From NCBI GenBank assembly GCA_964057225.1, contig OZ059897.1, positions 22,816,001-22,880,000 on the forward strand: 64,000 nucleotides of DNA. The letters run 5' to 3'. The position numbers and the translations under genes were made by a program. The stretch is from Auanema rhodensis (Eukaryota > Animalia > Nematoda). Positions 13,301-27,800 of this stretch are shown here, one piece after another. Within the stretch, counting starts at the first letter, position 1. Each line of letters begins with the position of its first letter. The notes beneath the pieces were generated by a model. The model had not been told where the DNA came from. It did no database searches and saw only the letters and a program-made list of their open reading frames with translations.

Positions 13301-16300
13301 TCTAATTTTGAAAACCGCATCTCTTTATCTTTCACGTGAAGCGAGTTACATACCAAGTGCACATCACGTGTACATTTAATTAGCATAAATTAAAGTTCAC
13401 GTAAATTTCAAAGTCATGGTTACCATGCACCAATATCAATAAAAATTTGTTTTTAGACTAATATGGACATGGGGAATCTAATTTTGAAAACCGCATCTCT
13501 TTATCTTTCACGTGAAGCGAGTTACATACCAAGTGCACATCACGTGTACATTTAATTAGCATAAATTAAAGTTCACGTAAATTTCAAAGTCATGGTTACC
13601 ATGCACCAATATCAATAAAAATTTGTTTTTAGACTAATATGGACATGGGGAATCTAATTTTGAAAACCGCATCTCTTTATCTTTCACGTGAAGCGAGTTA
13701 CATACCAAGTGCACATCACGTGTACATTTAATTAGCATAAATTAAAGTTCACGTAAATTTCAAAGTCATGGTTACCATGCACCAATATCAATAAAAATTT
13801 GTTTGTAGACTAATATGGACATGGGGAATCTAATTTTGAAAACCGCATCTCTTCATCTTTCACGTGAAGCGAGTTACATACCAAGTGCACATCACGTGTA
13901 CATTTAATTAGCATAAATTAAAGTTCACGTAAATTTCAAAGTCATGGTTACCATGCACCAATATCAATAAAAATTTGTTTTTAGACTAATATGGACATGG
14001 GGAATCTAATTTTGAAAACCGCATCTCTTTATCTTTCACGTGAAGCGAGTTACATACCAAGTGCACATCACGTGTACATTTAATTAGCATAAATTAAAGT
14101 TCACGTAAATTTCAAAGTCATGGTTACCATGCACCAATATCAATAAAAATTTGTTTGTAGACTAATATGGACATGGGGAATCTAATTTTGAAAACCGCAT
14201 CTCTTTATCTTTCACGTGAAGCGAGTTACATACCAAGTGCACATCACGTGTACATTTAATTAGCATAAATTAAAGTTCACGTAAATTTCAAAGTCATGGT
14301 TACCATGAAGCAATATCAATAAAAATTTGTTTTTAGACTAATATGGACATGGGGAATCTAATTTTGAAAACCGCATCTCTTTATCTCTCACGTGAAGCGA
14401 GTTACATACCAAGTGCACATCACGTGTACATTTAATTAGCATTAATTAAAGTTCACGTAAATTTCAAAGTCATGGTTACCATGAACCAATATCAATAAAA
14501 ATTTGTTTTTAGACTAATATGGACATGGGGAATCTAATTTTGAAAACCGCATCTCTTTATCTTTCACGTGAAGCGAGTTACATACCAAGTGCACATCACG
14601 TGTACATTTAATTAGCATAAATTAAAGTTCACGTAAATTTCAAAGTCATGGTTACCATGAACCAATATCAATAAAAATTTGTTTTTAGACTAATATGGAC
14701 ATGGGGAATCTAATTTTGAAAACCGCATCTCTTTATCTTTCACGTGAAGCGAGTTACATACCAAGTGCACATCACGTGTACATTTAATTAGCATAAATTA
14801 AAGTTCACGTAAATTTCAAAGTCATGGTTACCATGCACCAATATCAATAAAAATTTGTTTTTAGACTAATATGGACATGGGGAATCTAATTTTGAAAACC
14901 GCATCTCTTTATCTTTCACGTGAAGCGAGTTACATACCAAGTGCACATCACGTGTACATTTAATTAGCATAAATTAAAGTTCACGTAAATTTCAAAGTCA
15001 TGGTTACCATGCACCAATATCATTAAAAATTTGTTTTTAGACTAATATGGACATGGGGAATCTAATTTTGAAAACCGCATCTCTTTATCTTTCACGTGAA
15101 GCGAGTTACATACCAAGTGCACATCACGTGTACATTTAATTAGCATAAATTAAAGTTCACGTAAATTTCAAAGTCATGGTTACCATGAACCAATATCAAT
15201 AAAAATTTGTTTTAAGACTAATATGGACATGGGGAATCTAATTTTGAAAACCGCATCTCTTTATCTTTCACGTGAAGCGAGTTACATACCAAGTGCACAT
15301 CACGTGTACATTTAATTAGCATAAATTAAAGTTCACGTAAATTTCAAAGTCATGGTTACCATGAACCAATATCAATAAAAATTTGTTTTTAGACTAATAT
15401 GGACATGGGGAATCTAATTTTGAAAACCGCATCTCTTTATCTTTCACGTGAAGCGAGTTACATACCAAGTGCACATCACGTGTACATTTAATTAGCATAA
15501 ATTAAAGTTCACGTAAATTTCAAAGTCATGGTTACCATGAACCAATATCAATAAAAATTTGTTTTTAGACTAATATGGACATGGGGAATCTAATTTTGAA
15601 AACCGCATCTCTTTATCTTTCACGTGAAGCGAGTTACATACCAAGTGCACATCACGTGTACATTTAATTAGCATAAATTAAAGTTCACGTAAATTTCAAA
15701 GTCATGGTTACCATGAACCAATATCAATAAAAATTTGTTTTTAGACTAATATGGACATGGGGAATCTAATTTTGAAAACCGCATCTCTTTATCTTTCACG
15801 TGAAGCGAGTTACATACCAAGTGCACATCACGTGTACATTTAATTAGCATAAATTAAAGTTCACGTAAATTTCAAAGTCATGGTTACCATGCACCAATAT
15901 CAATAAAAATTTGTTTTTAGACTAATATGGACATGGGGAATCTAATTTTGAAAACCGCATCTCTTTATCTTTCACGTGAAGCGAGTTACATACCAAGTGC
16001 ACATCACGTGTACATTTAATTAGCATAAATTAAAGTTCACGTAAATTTCAAAGTCATGGTTACCATGAACCAATATCAATAAAAATTTGTTTTTAGACTA
16101 ATATGGACATGAGGAATCTAATTTTGAAAACCGCATCTCTTTATCTTTCACGTGAAGAGAGTTACATACCAAGTGCACATCACGTGTACATTTAATTAGC
16201 ATAAATTAAAGTTCACGTAAATTTCAAAGTCATGGTTACCATGCACCAATATCAATAAAAATTTGTTTTTAGACTAATATGGACATGGGGAATCTAATTT

Positions 16301-18480
16301 TGAAAACCGCATCTCTTTATCTTTCACGTGAAGCGAGTTACATACCAAGTGCACATCACGTGTACATTTAATTAGCATAAATTAAAGTTCACGTAAATTT
16401 CAAAGTCATGGTTACCATGCACCAATATCAATAAAAATTTGTTTTTAGACTAATATGGACATGGGGAATCTAATTTTGAAAACCGCATCTCTTTATCTTT
16501 CACGTGAAGCGAGTTACATACCAAGTGCACATCACGTGTACATTTAATTAGCATAAATTAAAGTTCACGTAAATTTCAAAGTCATGGTTACCATGCACCA
16601 ATATCAATAAAAATTTGTTTTTAGACTAATATGGACATGGGGAATCTAATTTTGAAAACCGCATCTCTTTATCTTTCACGTGAAGCGAGTTACATACCAA
16701 GTGCACATCACGTGTACATTTAATTAGCATAAATTAAAGTTCACGTAAATTTCAAAGTCATGGTTACCATGCACCAATATCAATAAAAATTTGTTTTTAG
16801 ACTAATATGGACATGGGGAATCTAATTTTGAAAACCGCATCTCTTTATCTTTCACGTGAAGCGAGTTACATACCAAGTGCACATCACGTGTACATTTAAT
16901 TAGCATAAATTAAAGTTCACGTAAATTTCAAAGTCATGGTTACCATGCACCAATATCAATAAAAATTTGTTTGTAGACTAATATGGACATGGGGAATCTA
17001 ATTTTGAAAACCGCATCTCTTTATCTTTCACGTGAAGCGAGTTACATACCAAGTGCACATCACGTGTACATTTAATTAGCATAAATTAAAGTTCACGTAA
17101 ATTTCAAAGTCATGGTTACCATGCACCAATATCAATAAAAATTTGTTTGTAGACTAATATGGACATGGGGAATCTAATTTTGAAAACCGCATCTCTTTAT
17201 CTTTCACGTGAAGCGAGTTACATACCAAGTGCACATCACGTGTACATTTAATTAGCATAAACTAAAGTTCACGTAAATTTCAAAGTCATGGTTACCATGA
17301 AGCAATATCAATAAAAATTTGTTTTTAGACTAATATGGACATGGGGAATCTAATTTTGAAAACCGCATCTCTTTATCTCTCACGTGAAGCGAGTTACATA
17401 CCAAGTGCACATCACGTGTACATTTAATTAGCATTAATTAAAGTTCACGTAAATTTCAAAGTCATGGTTACCATGAACCAATATCAATAAAAATTTGTTT
17501 TTAGACTAATATGGACATGGGGAATCTAATTTTGAAAACCGCATCTCTTTATCTTTCACGTGAAGCGAGTTACATACCAAGTGCACATCACGTGTACATT
17601 TAATTAGCATAAATTAAAGTTCACGTAAATTTCAAAGTCATGGTTACCATGAACCAATATCAATAAAAATTTGTTTTTAGACTAATATGGACATGGGGAA
17701 TCTAATTTTGAAAACCGCATCTCTTTATCTTTCACGTGAAGCGAGTTACATACCAAGTGCACATCACGTGTACATTTAATTAGCATAAATTAAAGTTCAC
17801 GTAAATTTCAAAGTCATGGTTACCATGCACCAATATCAATAAAAATTTGTTTTTAGACTAATATGGACATGGGGAATCTAATTTTGAAAACCGCATCTCT
17901 TTATCTTTCACGTGAAGCGAGTTACATACCAAGTGCACATCACGTGTACATTTAATTAGCATAAATTAAAGTTCACGTAAATTTCAAAGTCATGGTTACC
18001 ATGCACCAATATCATTAAAAATTTGTTTTTAGACTAATATGGACATGGGGAATCTAATTTTGAAAACCGCATCTCTTTATCTTTCACGTGAAGCGAGTTA
18101 CATACCAAGTGCACATCACGTGTACATTTAATTAGCATAAATTAAAGTTCACGTAAATTTCAAAGTCATGGTTACCATGAACCAATATCAATAAAAATTT
18201 GTTTTAAGACTAATATGGACATGGGGAATCTAATTTTGAAAACCGCATCTCTTTATCTTTCACGTGAAGCGAGTTACATACCAAGTGCACATCACGTGTA
18301 CATTTAATTAGCATAAATTAAAGTTCACGTAAATTTCAAAGTCATGGTTACCATGAACCAATATCAATAAAAATTTGTTTTTAGACTAATATGGACATGG
18401 GGAATCTAATTTTGAAAACCGCATCTCTTTATCTTTCACGTGAAGCGAGTTACATACCAAGTGCACATCACGTGTACATT
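10385..18480 (+). repeat. Higher-order block: 12-mer then 17-mer tandem duplication
   Basis: The GAGG/GAAGAG marker monomer lies at 11008, 13120 (+2112 = 12 x 176) and 16112 (+2992 = 17 x 176). Each is followed by TTGTAG, AAGCA+CTCTCAC and CATTAAT variants. Confidence 0.88.
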
Positions 18481-18832
18481 TAATTAGCATAAATTAAAGT
18501 TCACGTAAATTTCAAAGTCATGGTTACCATGAACCAATATCAATAAAAATTTGTTTTTAGACTAATATGGACATGGGGAATCTAATTTTGAAAACCGCAT
18601 CTCTTTATCTTTCACGTGAAGCGAGTTACATACCAAGTGCACATCACGTGTACATTTAATTAGCATAAATTAAAGTTCACGTAAATTTCAAAGTCATGGT
18701 TACCATGAACCAATATCAATAAAAATTTGTTTTTAGACTAATATGGACATGGGGAATCTAATTTTGAAAACCGCATCTCTTTATCTTTCACGTGAAGCGA
18801 GTTACATACCAAGTGCACATCACGTGTACATT

Positions 18833-21800
18833 TAATTAGCATGAATTAAAGTTCACGTAAATTTCAAAGTCATGGTTACCATGCACCAATATCAATAAAA
18901 ATTTGTTCTTAGACTAATATGGACATGGGGAATCTAATTTTGAAAACCGCATCTCTTCATCTTTTACGTGAAGCGAGTTACATACCAAGTGCACATCACG
19001 TGTACATTTAATTAGCATAAATTAAAATTCACGTAAATTTCAAAGTCATGGTTACCATGAACTAATATCAATAAAAATTTGTTTTTAGACTAATATGGAC
19101 ATGGGGAATCTAATTTTGAAAACCGCATCTCTTTATCTTTCACGTGAAGCGAGTTACATACCAAGTGCACATCACGTGTACATTTAATTAGCATAAATTA
19201 AAGTTCACGTAAATTTCAAAGTCATGGTTACCATGAACCAATATCAATAAAAATTTGTTTTTAGACTAATATGGACATGGGGAATCTAATTTTGAAAACC
19301 GCATCTCTTTATCTTTCACGTGAAGCGAGTTACATACCAAGTGCACATCACGTGTACATTTAATTAGCATAAATTAAAGTTCACGTAAATTTCAAAGTCA
19401 TGGTTACCATGAACCAATATCAATAAAAATTTGTTTTTAGACTAATATGGACATGGGGAATCTAATTTTGAAAACCGCATCTCTTTATCTTTCACGTGAA
19501 GCGAGTTACATACCAAGTGCACATCACGTGTACATTTAATTAGCATGAATTAAAGTTCACGTAAATTTCAAAGTCATGGTTACCATGCACCAATATCAAT
19601 AAAAATTTGTTTTTAGACTAATATGGACATGGGGAATCTAATTTTGAAAACCGCATCTCTTTATCTTTCACGTGAAGCGAGTTACATACCAAGTGCACAT
19701 CACGTGTACATTTAATTAGCATAAATTAAAGTTCACGTAAATTTCAAAGTCATGGTTACCATGAACCAATATCAATAAAAATTTGTTTTTAGACTAATAT
19801 GGACATGGGAAATCTAATTTTGAAAACCGCATCTCTTTATCTTTCACGTGAAGCGAGTTACATACCAAGTGCACATCACGTGTACATTTAATTAGCATAA
19901 ATTAAAGTTCACCTAAATTTCAAAGTCATGGTTACCATGCACCAATATCAATAAAAATTTGTTTTTAGACTAATATGGACATGGGGAATCTAATTTTGAA
20001 AACCGCATCTCTTTATCTTTCACGTGAAGCGAGTTACATACCAAGTGCACATCACGTGTACATTTAATTAGCATAAATTAAAGTTCACGTAAATTTCAAA
20101 GTCATGGTTACCATGCACCAATATCAATAAAAATTTGTTTTTAGACTAATATGGACATGGGGAATCTAATTTTGAAAACCGCATCTCTTTATCTTTCACG
20201 TGAAGCGAGTTACATACCAAGTGCACATCACGTGTACATTTAATTAGCATAAATTAAAGTTCACGTAAATTTCAAAGTCATGGTTACCATAAACCAATAT
20301 CAATAAAAATTTGTTTTTAGACTAATATGGACATGGGGAATCTAATTTTGAAAACCGCATCTCTTCATCTTTCACGTGAAGCGAGTTACATACCAAGTGC
20401 ACATCACGTGTACATTTAATTAGCATAAATTAAAGTTCAAGTAAATTTCAAAGTCATGGTTACCATGCACCAATATCAATAAAAATTTGTTTTTAGACTA
20501 ATATGGACATGGGGAATCTAATTTTGAAAACCGCATCTCTTTATCTTTCACGTGAAGCGAGTTACATACCAAGTGCACATCACGTGTACATTTAATTAGC
20601 ATAAATTAAAGTTCACGTAAATTTCAAAGTCATGGTTACCATGAACCAATATCAATAAAAATTTGTTTTTAGACTAATATGGACATGGGGAATCTAATTT
20701 TGAAAACCGCATCTCTTTATCTTTCACGTGAAGCGAGTTACATACCAAGTGCACATCACGTGTACATTTAATTAGCATAAATTAAAGTTCACGTAAATTT
20801 CAAAGTCATGGTTACCATGAACCAATATCAATAAAAATTTGTTTTTAGACTAATATGGACATGGGGAATCTAATATTGGAAACCGCATCTCTTTATCTTT
20901 CACGTGAAGCGAGTTACATACCAAGTGCACATCACGTGTACATTTAATTAGCATAAATTAAAGTTCACGTAAATTTCAAAGTCATGGTTACCATGAAGCA
21001 ATATCAATAAAAATTTGTTTTTAGACTAATATGGACATGGGGAATCTAATTTTGAAAACCGCATCTCTTTATCTTTCACGTGAAGCGAGTTACATACCAA
21101 GTGCACATCACGTGTACATTTAATTAGCATAAATTAAAGTTCACGTAAATTTCAAAGTCATGGTTACCATGAACCAATATCAATAAAAATTTGTTTTAAG
21201 ACTAATATGGACATGGGGAATCTAATTTTGAAAACCGCATCTCTTTATCTTTCACGTGAAGCGAGTTACATACCAAGTGCACATCACGTGTACATTTAAT
21301 TAGCATAAATTAAAGTTCACGTAAATTTCAAAGTCATGGTTACCATGAACCAATATCAATAAAAATTTGTTTTTAGACTAATATGGACATGGGGAATCTA
21401 ATTTTGAAAACCGCATCTCTTTATATTTCACGTGAAGCGAGTTACATACCAAGTGCACATCACGTGTACATTTAATTAGCATAAATTAAAGTTCACGTAA
21501 ATTTCAAAGTCATGGTTACCATGAACCAATATCAATAAAAATTTGTTTTTAGACTAATATGGACATGGGGAATCTAATTTTGAAAACCGCATCTCTTTAT
21601 CTTTCACGTGAAGCGAGTTACATACCAAGTGCACATCACGTGTACATTTAATTAGCATAAATTAAATGTCACGTAAATTTCAAAGTCATGGTTACCATGA
21701 ACCAATATCAATAAAAATTTGTTTTTAGACTAATATGGACATGGGGAATCTAATTTTGAAAACCGCATCTCTTTATCTTTCACGTGAAGCGAGTTACATA

Positions 21801-24800
21801 CCAAGTGCACATCACGTGTACATTTAATTAGCATAAATTAAAGTTCACGTAAATTTCAAAGTCATGGTTACCATGCACCAATATCAATAAAAATTTGTTT
21901 TTAAACTAATATGGACATGGGGAATCTAATTTTGAAAACCGCATCTCTTTATCTTTCACGTGAAGCGAGTTACATACCAAGTGCACATCACGTGTACATT
22001 TAATTAGCATGAATTAAAGTTCACGTAAATTTCAAAGTCATGGTTACCATGCACCAATATCAATAAAAATTTGTTTTTAGACTAATATGGACATGGGGAA
22101 TCTAATTTTGAAAACCGCATCTCTTTATCTTTCACGTGAAGCGAGTTACATACCAAGTGCACATCACGTGTACATTTAATTAGCATAAATTAAAGTTCAC
22201 GTAAATTTCAAAGTCATGGTTACCATGAACCAATATCAATAAAAATTTGTTTTTAGACTAATATGGACATGGGGAATCTAATTTTGAAAACCGCATCTCT
22301 TTATCTTTCACGTGAAGCGAGTTACATACCAAGTGCACATCACGTGTACATTTAATTAGCATGAATTAAAGTTCACGTAAATTTCAAAGTCATGGTTACC
22401 ATGCACCAATATCAATAAAAATTTGTTTTTAGACTAATATGGACATGGGGAATCTAATTTTGAAAACCGCATCTCTTTATCTTTCACGTGAAGCGAGTTA
22501 CATACCAAGTGCACATCACGTGTACATTTAATTAGCATAAATTAAAGTTCACGTAAATTTCAAAGTCATGGTTACCATGAACCAATATCAATAAAAATTT
22601 GTTTTTAGACTAATATGGACATGGGGAATCTAATTTTGAAAACCGCATCTCTTTATCTTTCACGTGAAGCGAGTTACATACCAAGTGCACATCACGTGTA
22701 CATTTAATTAGCATAAATTAAAGTTCACGTAAATTTCAAAGTCATGGTTACCATGAACCAATATCAATAAAAATTTGTTTTTAGACTAATATGGACATGG
22801 GGAATCTAATTTTGAAAACCGCATCTCTTTATCTTTCACGTGAAGCGAGTTACATACCAAGTGCACATCACGTGTACATTTAATTAGCATAAATTAAAGT
22901 TCACGTAAATTTCAAAGTCATGGTTACCATGAACCAATATCAATAAAAATTTGTTTTTAGACTAATATGGACATGGGGAATCTAATTTTGAAAACCGCAT
23001 CTCTTTATCTTTCACGTGAAGCGAGTTACATACCAAGTGCACATCACGTGTACATTTAATTAGCATGAATTAAAGTTCACGTAAATTTCAAAGTCATGGT
23101 TACCATGCACCAATATCAATAAAAATTTGTTCTTAGACTAATATGGACATGGGGAATCTAATTTTGAAAACCGCATCTCTTCATCTTTTACGTGAAGCGA
23201 GTTACATACCAAGTGCACATCACGTGTACATTTAATTAGCATAAATTAAAATTCACGTAAATTTCAAAGTCATGGTTACCATGAACTAATATCAATAAAA
23301 ATTTGTTTTTAGACTAATATGGACATGGGGAATCTAATTTTGAAAACCGCATCTCTTTATCTTTCACGTGAAGCGAGTTACATACCAAGTGCACATCACG
23401 TGTACATTTAATTAGCATAAATTAAAGTTCACGTAAATTTCAAAGTCATGGTTACCATGAACCAATATCAATAAAAATTTGTTTTTAGACTAATATGGAC
23501 ATGGGGAATCTAATTTTGAAAACCGCATCTCTTTATCTTTCACGTGAAGCGAGTTACATACCAAGTGCACATCACGTGTACATTTAATTAGCATAAATTA
23601 AAGTTCACGTAAATTTCAAAGTCATGGTTACCATGAACCAATATCAATAAAAATTTGTTTTTAGACTAATATGGACATGGGGAATCTAATTTTGAAAACC
23701 GCATCTCTTTATCTTTCACGTGAAGCGAGTTACATACCAAGTGCACATCACGTGTACATTTAATTAGCATGAATTAAAGTTCACGTAAATTTCAAAGTCA
23801 TGGTTACCATGCACCAATATCAATAAAAATTTGTTTTTAGACTAATATGGACATGGGGAATCTAATTTTGAAAACCGCATCTCTTTATCTTTCACGTGAA
23901 GCGAGTTACATACCAAGTGCACATCACGTGTACATTTAATTAGCATAAATTAAAGTTCACGTAAATTTCAAAGTCATGGTTACCATGAACCAATATCAAT
24001 AAAAATTTGTTTTTAGACTAATATGGACATGGGAAATCTAATTTTGAAAACCGCATCTCTTTATCTTTCACGTGAAGCGAGTTACATACCAAGTGCACAT
24101 CACGTGTACATTTAATTAGCATAAATTAAAGTTCACCTAAATTTCAAAGTCATGGTTACCATGCACCAATATCAATAAAAATTTGTTTTTAGACTAATAT
24201 GGACATGGGGAATCTAATTTTGAAAACCGCATCTCTTTATCTTTCACGTGAAGCGAGTTACATACCAAGTGCACATCACGTGTACATTTAATTAGCATAA
24301 ATTAAAGTTCACGTAAATTTCAAAGTCATGGTTACCATGCACCAATATCAATAAAAATTTGTTTTTAGACTAATATGGACATGGGGAATCTAATTTTGAA
24401 AACCGCATCTCTTTATCTTTCACGTGAAGCGAGTTACATACCAAGTGCACATCACGTGTACATTTAATTAGCATAAATTAAAGTTCACGTAAATTTCAAA
24501 GTCATGGTTACCATAAACCAATATCAATAAAAATTTGTTTTTAGACTAATATGGACATGGGGAATCTAATTTTGAAAACCGCATCTCTTCATCTTTCACG
24601 TGAAGCGAGTTACATACCAAGTGCACATCACGTGTACATTTAATTAGCATAAATTAAAGTTCAAGTAAATTTCAAAGTCATGGTTACCATGCACCAATAT
24701 CAATAAAAATTTGTTTTTAGACTAATATGGACATGGGGAATCTAATTTTGAAAACCGCATCTCTTTATCTTTCACGTGAAGCGAGTTACATACCAAGTGC

Positions 24801-27800
24801 ACATCACGTGTACATTTAATTAGCATAAATTAAAGTTCACGTAAATTTCAAAGTCATGGTTACCATGAACCAATATCAATAAAAATTTGTTTTTAGACTA
24901 ATATGGACATGGGGAATCTAATATTGGAAACCGCATCTCTTTATCTTTCACGTGAAGCGAGTTACATACCAAGTGCACATCACGTGTACATTTAATTAGC
25001 ATAAATTAAAGTTCACGTAAATTTCAAAGTCATGGTTACCATGAAGCAATATCAATAAAAATTTGTTTTTAGACTAATATGGACATGGGGAATCTAATTT
25101 TGAAAACCGCATCTCTTTATCTTTCACGTGAAGCGAGTTACATACCAAGTGCACATCACGTGTACATTTAATTAGCATAAATTAAAGTTCACGTAAATTT
25201 CAAAGTCATGGTTACCATGAACCAATATCAATAAAAATTTGTTTTAAGACTAATATGGACATGGGGAATCTAATTTTGAAAACCGCATCTCTTTATCTTT
25301 CACGTGAAGCGAGTTACATACCAAGTGCACATCACGTGTACATTTAATTAGCATAAATTAAAGTTCACGTAAATTTCAAAGTCATGGTTACCATGAACCA
25401 ATATCAATAAAAATTTGTTTTTAGACTAATATGGACATGGGGAATCTAATTTTGAAAACCGCATCTCTTTATATTTCACGTGAAGCGAGTTACATACCAA
25501 GTGCACATCACGTGTACATTTAATTAGCATAAATTAAAGTTCACGTAAATTTCAAAGTCATGGTTACCATGAACCAATATCAATAAAAATTTGTTTTTAG
25601 ACTAATATGGACATGGGGAATCTAATTTTGAAAACCGCATCTCTTTATCTTTCACGTGAAGCGAGTTACATACCAAGTGCACATCACGTGTACATTTAAT
25701 TAGCATAAATTAAATGTCACGTAAATTTCAAAGTCATGGTTACCATGAACCAATATCAATAAAAATTTGTTTTTAGACTAATATGGACATGGGGAATCTA
25801 ATTTTGAAAACCGCATCTCTTTATCTTTCACGTGAAGCGAGTTACATACCAAGTGCACATCACGTGTACATTTAATTAGCATAAATTAAAGTTCACGTAA
25901 ATTTCAAAGTCATGGTTACCATGCACCAATATCAATAAAAATTTGTTTTTAAACTAATATGGACATGGGGAATCTAATTTTGAAAACCGCATCTCTTTAT
26001 CTTTCACGTGAAGCGAGTTACATACCAAGTGCACATCACGTGTACATTTAATTAGCATGAATTAAAGTTCACGTAAATTTCAAAGTCATGGTTACCATGC
26101 ACCAATATCAATAAAAATTTGTTTTTAGACTAATATGGACATGGGGAATCTAATTTTGAAAACCGCATCTCTTTATCTTTCACGTGAAGCGAGTTACATA
26201 CCAAGTGCACATCACGTGTACATTTAATTAGCATAAATTAAAGTTCACGTAAATTTCAAAGTCATGGTTACCATGAACCAATATCAATAAAAATTTGTTT
26301 TTAGACTAATATGGACATGGGGAATCTAATTTTGAAAACCGCATCTCTTTATCTTTCACGTGAAGCGAGTTACATACCAAGTGCACATCACGTGTACATT
26401 TAATTAGCATGAATTAAAGTTCACGTAAATTTCAAAGTCATGGTTACCATGCACCAATATCAATAAAAATTTGTTTTTAGACTAATATGGACATGGGGAA
26501 TCTAATTTTGAAAACCGCATCTCTTTATCTTTCACGTGAAGCGAGTTACATACCAAGTGCACATCACGTGTACATTTAATTAGCATAAATTAAAGTTCAC
26601 GTAAATTTCAAAGTCATGGTTACCATGAACCAATATCAATAAAAATTTGTTTTTAGACTAATATGGACATGGGGAATCTAATTTTGAAAACCGCATCTCT
26701 TTATCTTTCACGTGAAGCGAGTTACATACCAAGTGCACATCACGTGTACATTTAATTAGCATAAATTAAAGTTCACGTAAATTTCAAAGTCATGGTTACC
26801 ATGAACCAATATCAATAAAAATTTGTTTTTAGACTAATATGGACATGGGGAATCTAATTTTGAAAACCGCATCTCTTTATCTTTCACGTGAAGCGAGTTA
26901 CATACCAAGTGCACATCACGTGTACATTTAATTAGCATAAATTAAAGTTCACGTAAATTTCAAAGTCATGGTTACCATGAACCAATATCAATAAAAATTT
27001 GTTTTTAGACTAATATGGACATGGGGAATCTAATTTTGAAAACCGCATCTCTTTATCTTTCACGTGAAGCGAGTTACATACCAAGTGCACATCACGTGTA
27101 CATTTAATTAGCATGAATTAAAGTTCACGTAAATTTCAAAGTCATGGTTACCATGCACCAATATCAATAAAAATTTGTTCTTAGACTAATATGGACATGG
27201 GGAATCTAATTTTGAAAACCGCATCTCTTCATCTTTTACGTGAAGCGAGTTACATACCAAGTGCACATCACGTGTACATTTAATTAGCATAAATTAAAAT
27301 TCACGTAAATTTCAAAGTCATGGTTACCATGAACTAATATCAATAAAAATTTGTTTTTAGACTAATATGGACATGGGGAATCTAATTTTGAAAACCGCAT
27401 CTCTTTATCTTTCACGTGAAGCGAGTTACATACCAAGTGCACATCACGTGTACATTTAAATAGCATAAATTAAAGTTCACGTAAATTTCAAAGTCATGGT
27501 TACCATGAACCAATATCAATAAAAATTTGTTTTTAGACTAATATGGACATGGGGAATCTAATTTTGAAAACCGCATCTCTTTATCTTTCACGTGAAGCGA
27601 GTTACATACCAAGTGCACATCACGTGTACATTTAATTAGCATAAATTAAAGTTCACGTAAATTTCAAAGTCATGGTTACCATGAACCAATATCAATAAAA
27701 ATTTGTTTTTAGACTAATATGGACATGGGGAATCTAATTTTGAAAACCGCATCTCTTTATCTTTCACGTGAAGCGAGTTACATACCAAGTGCACATCACG

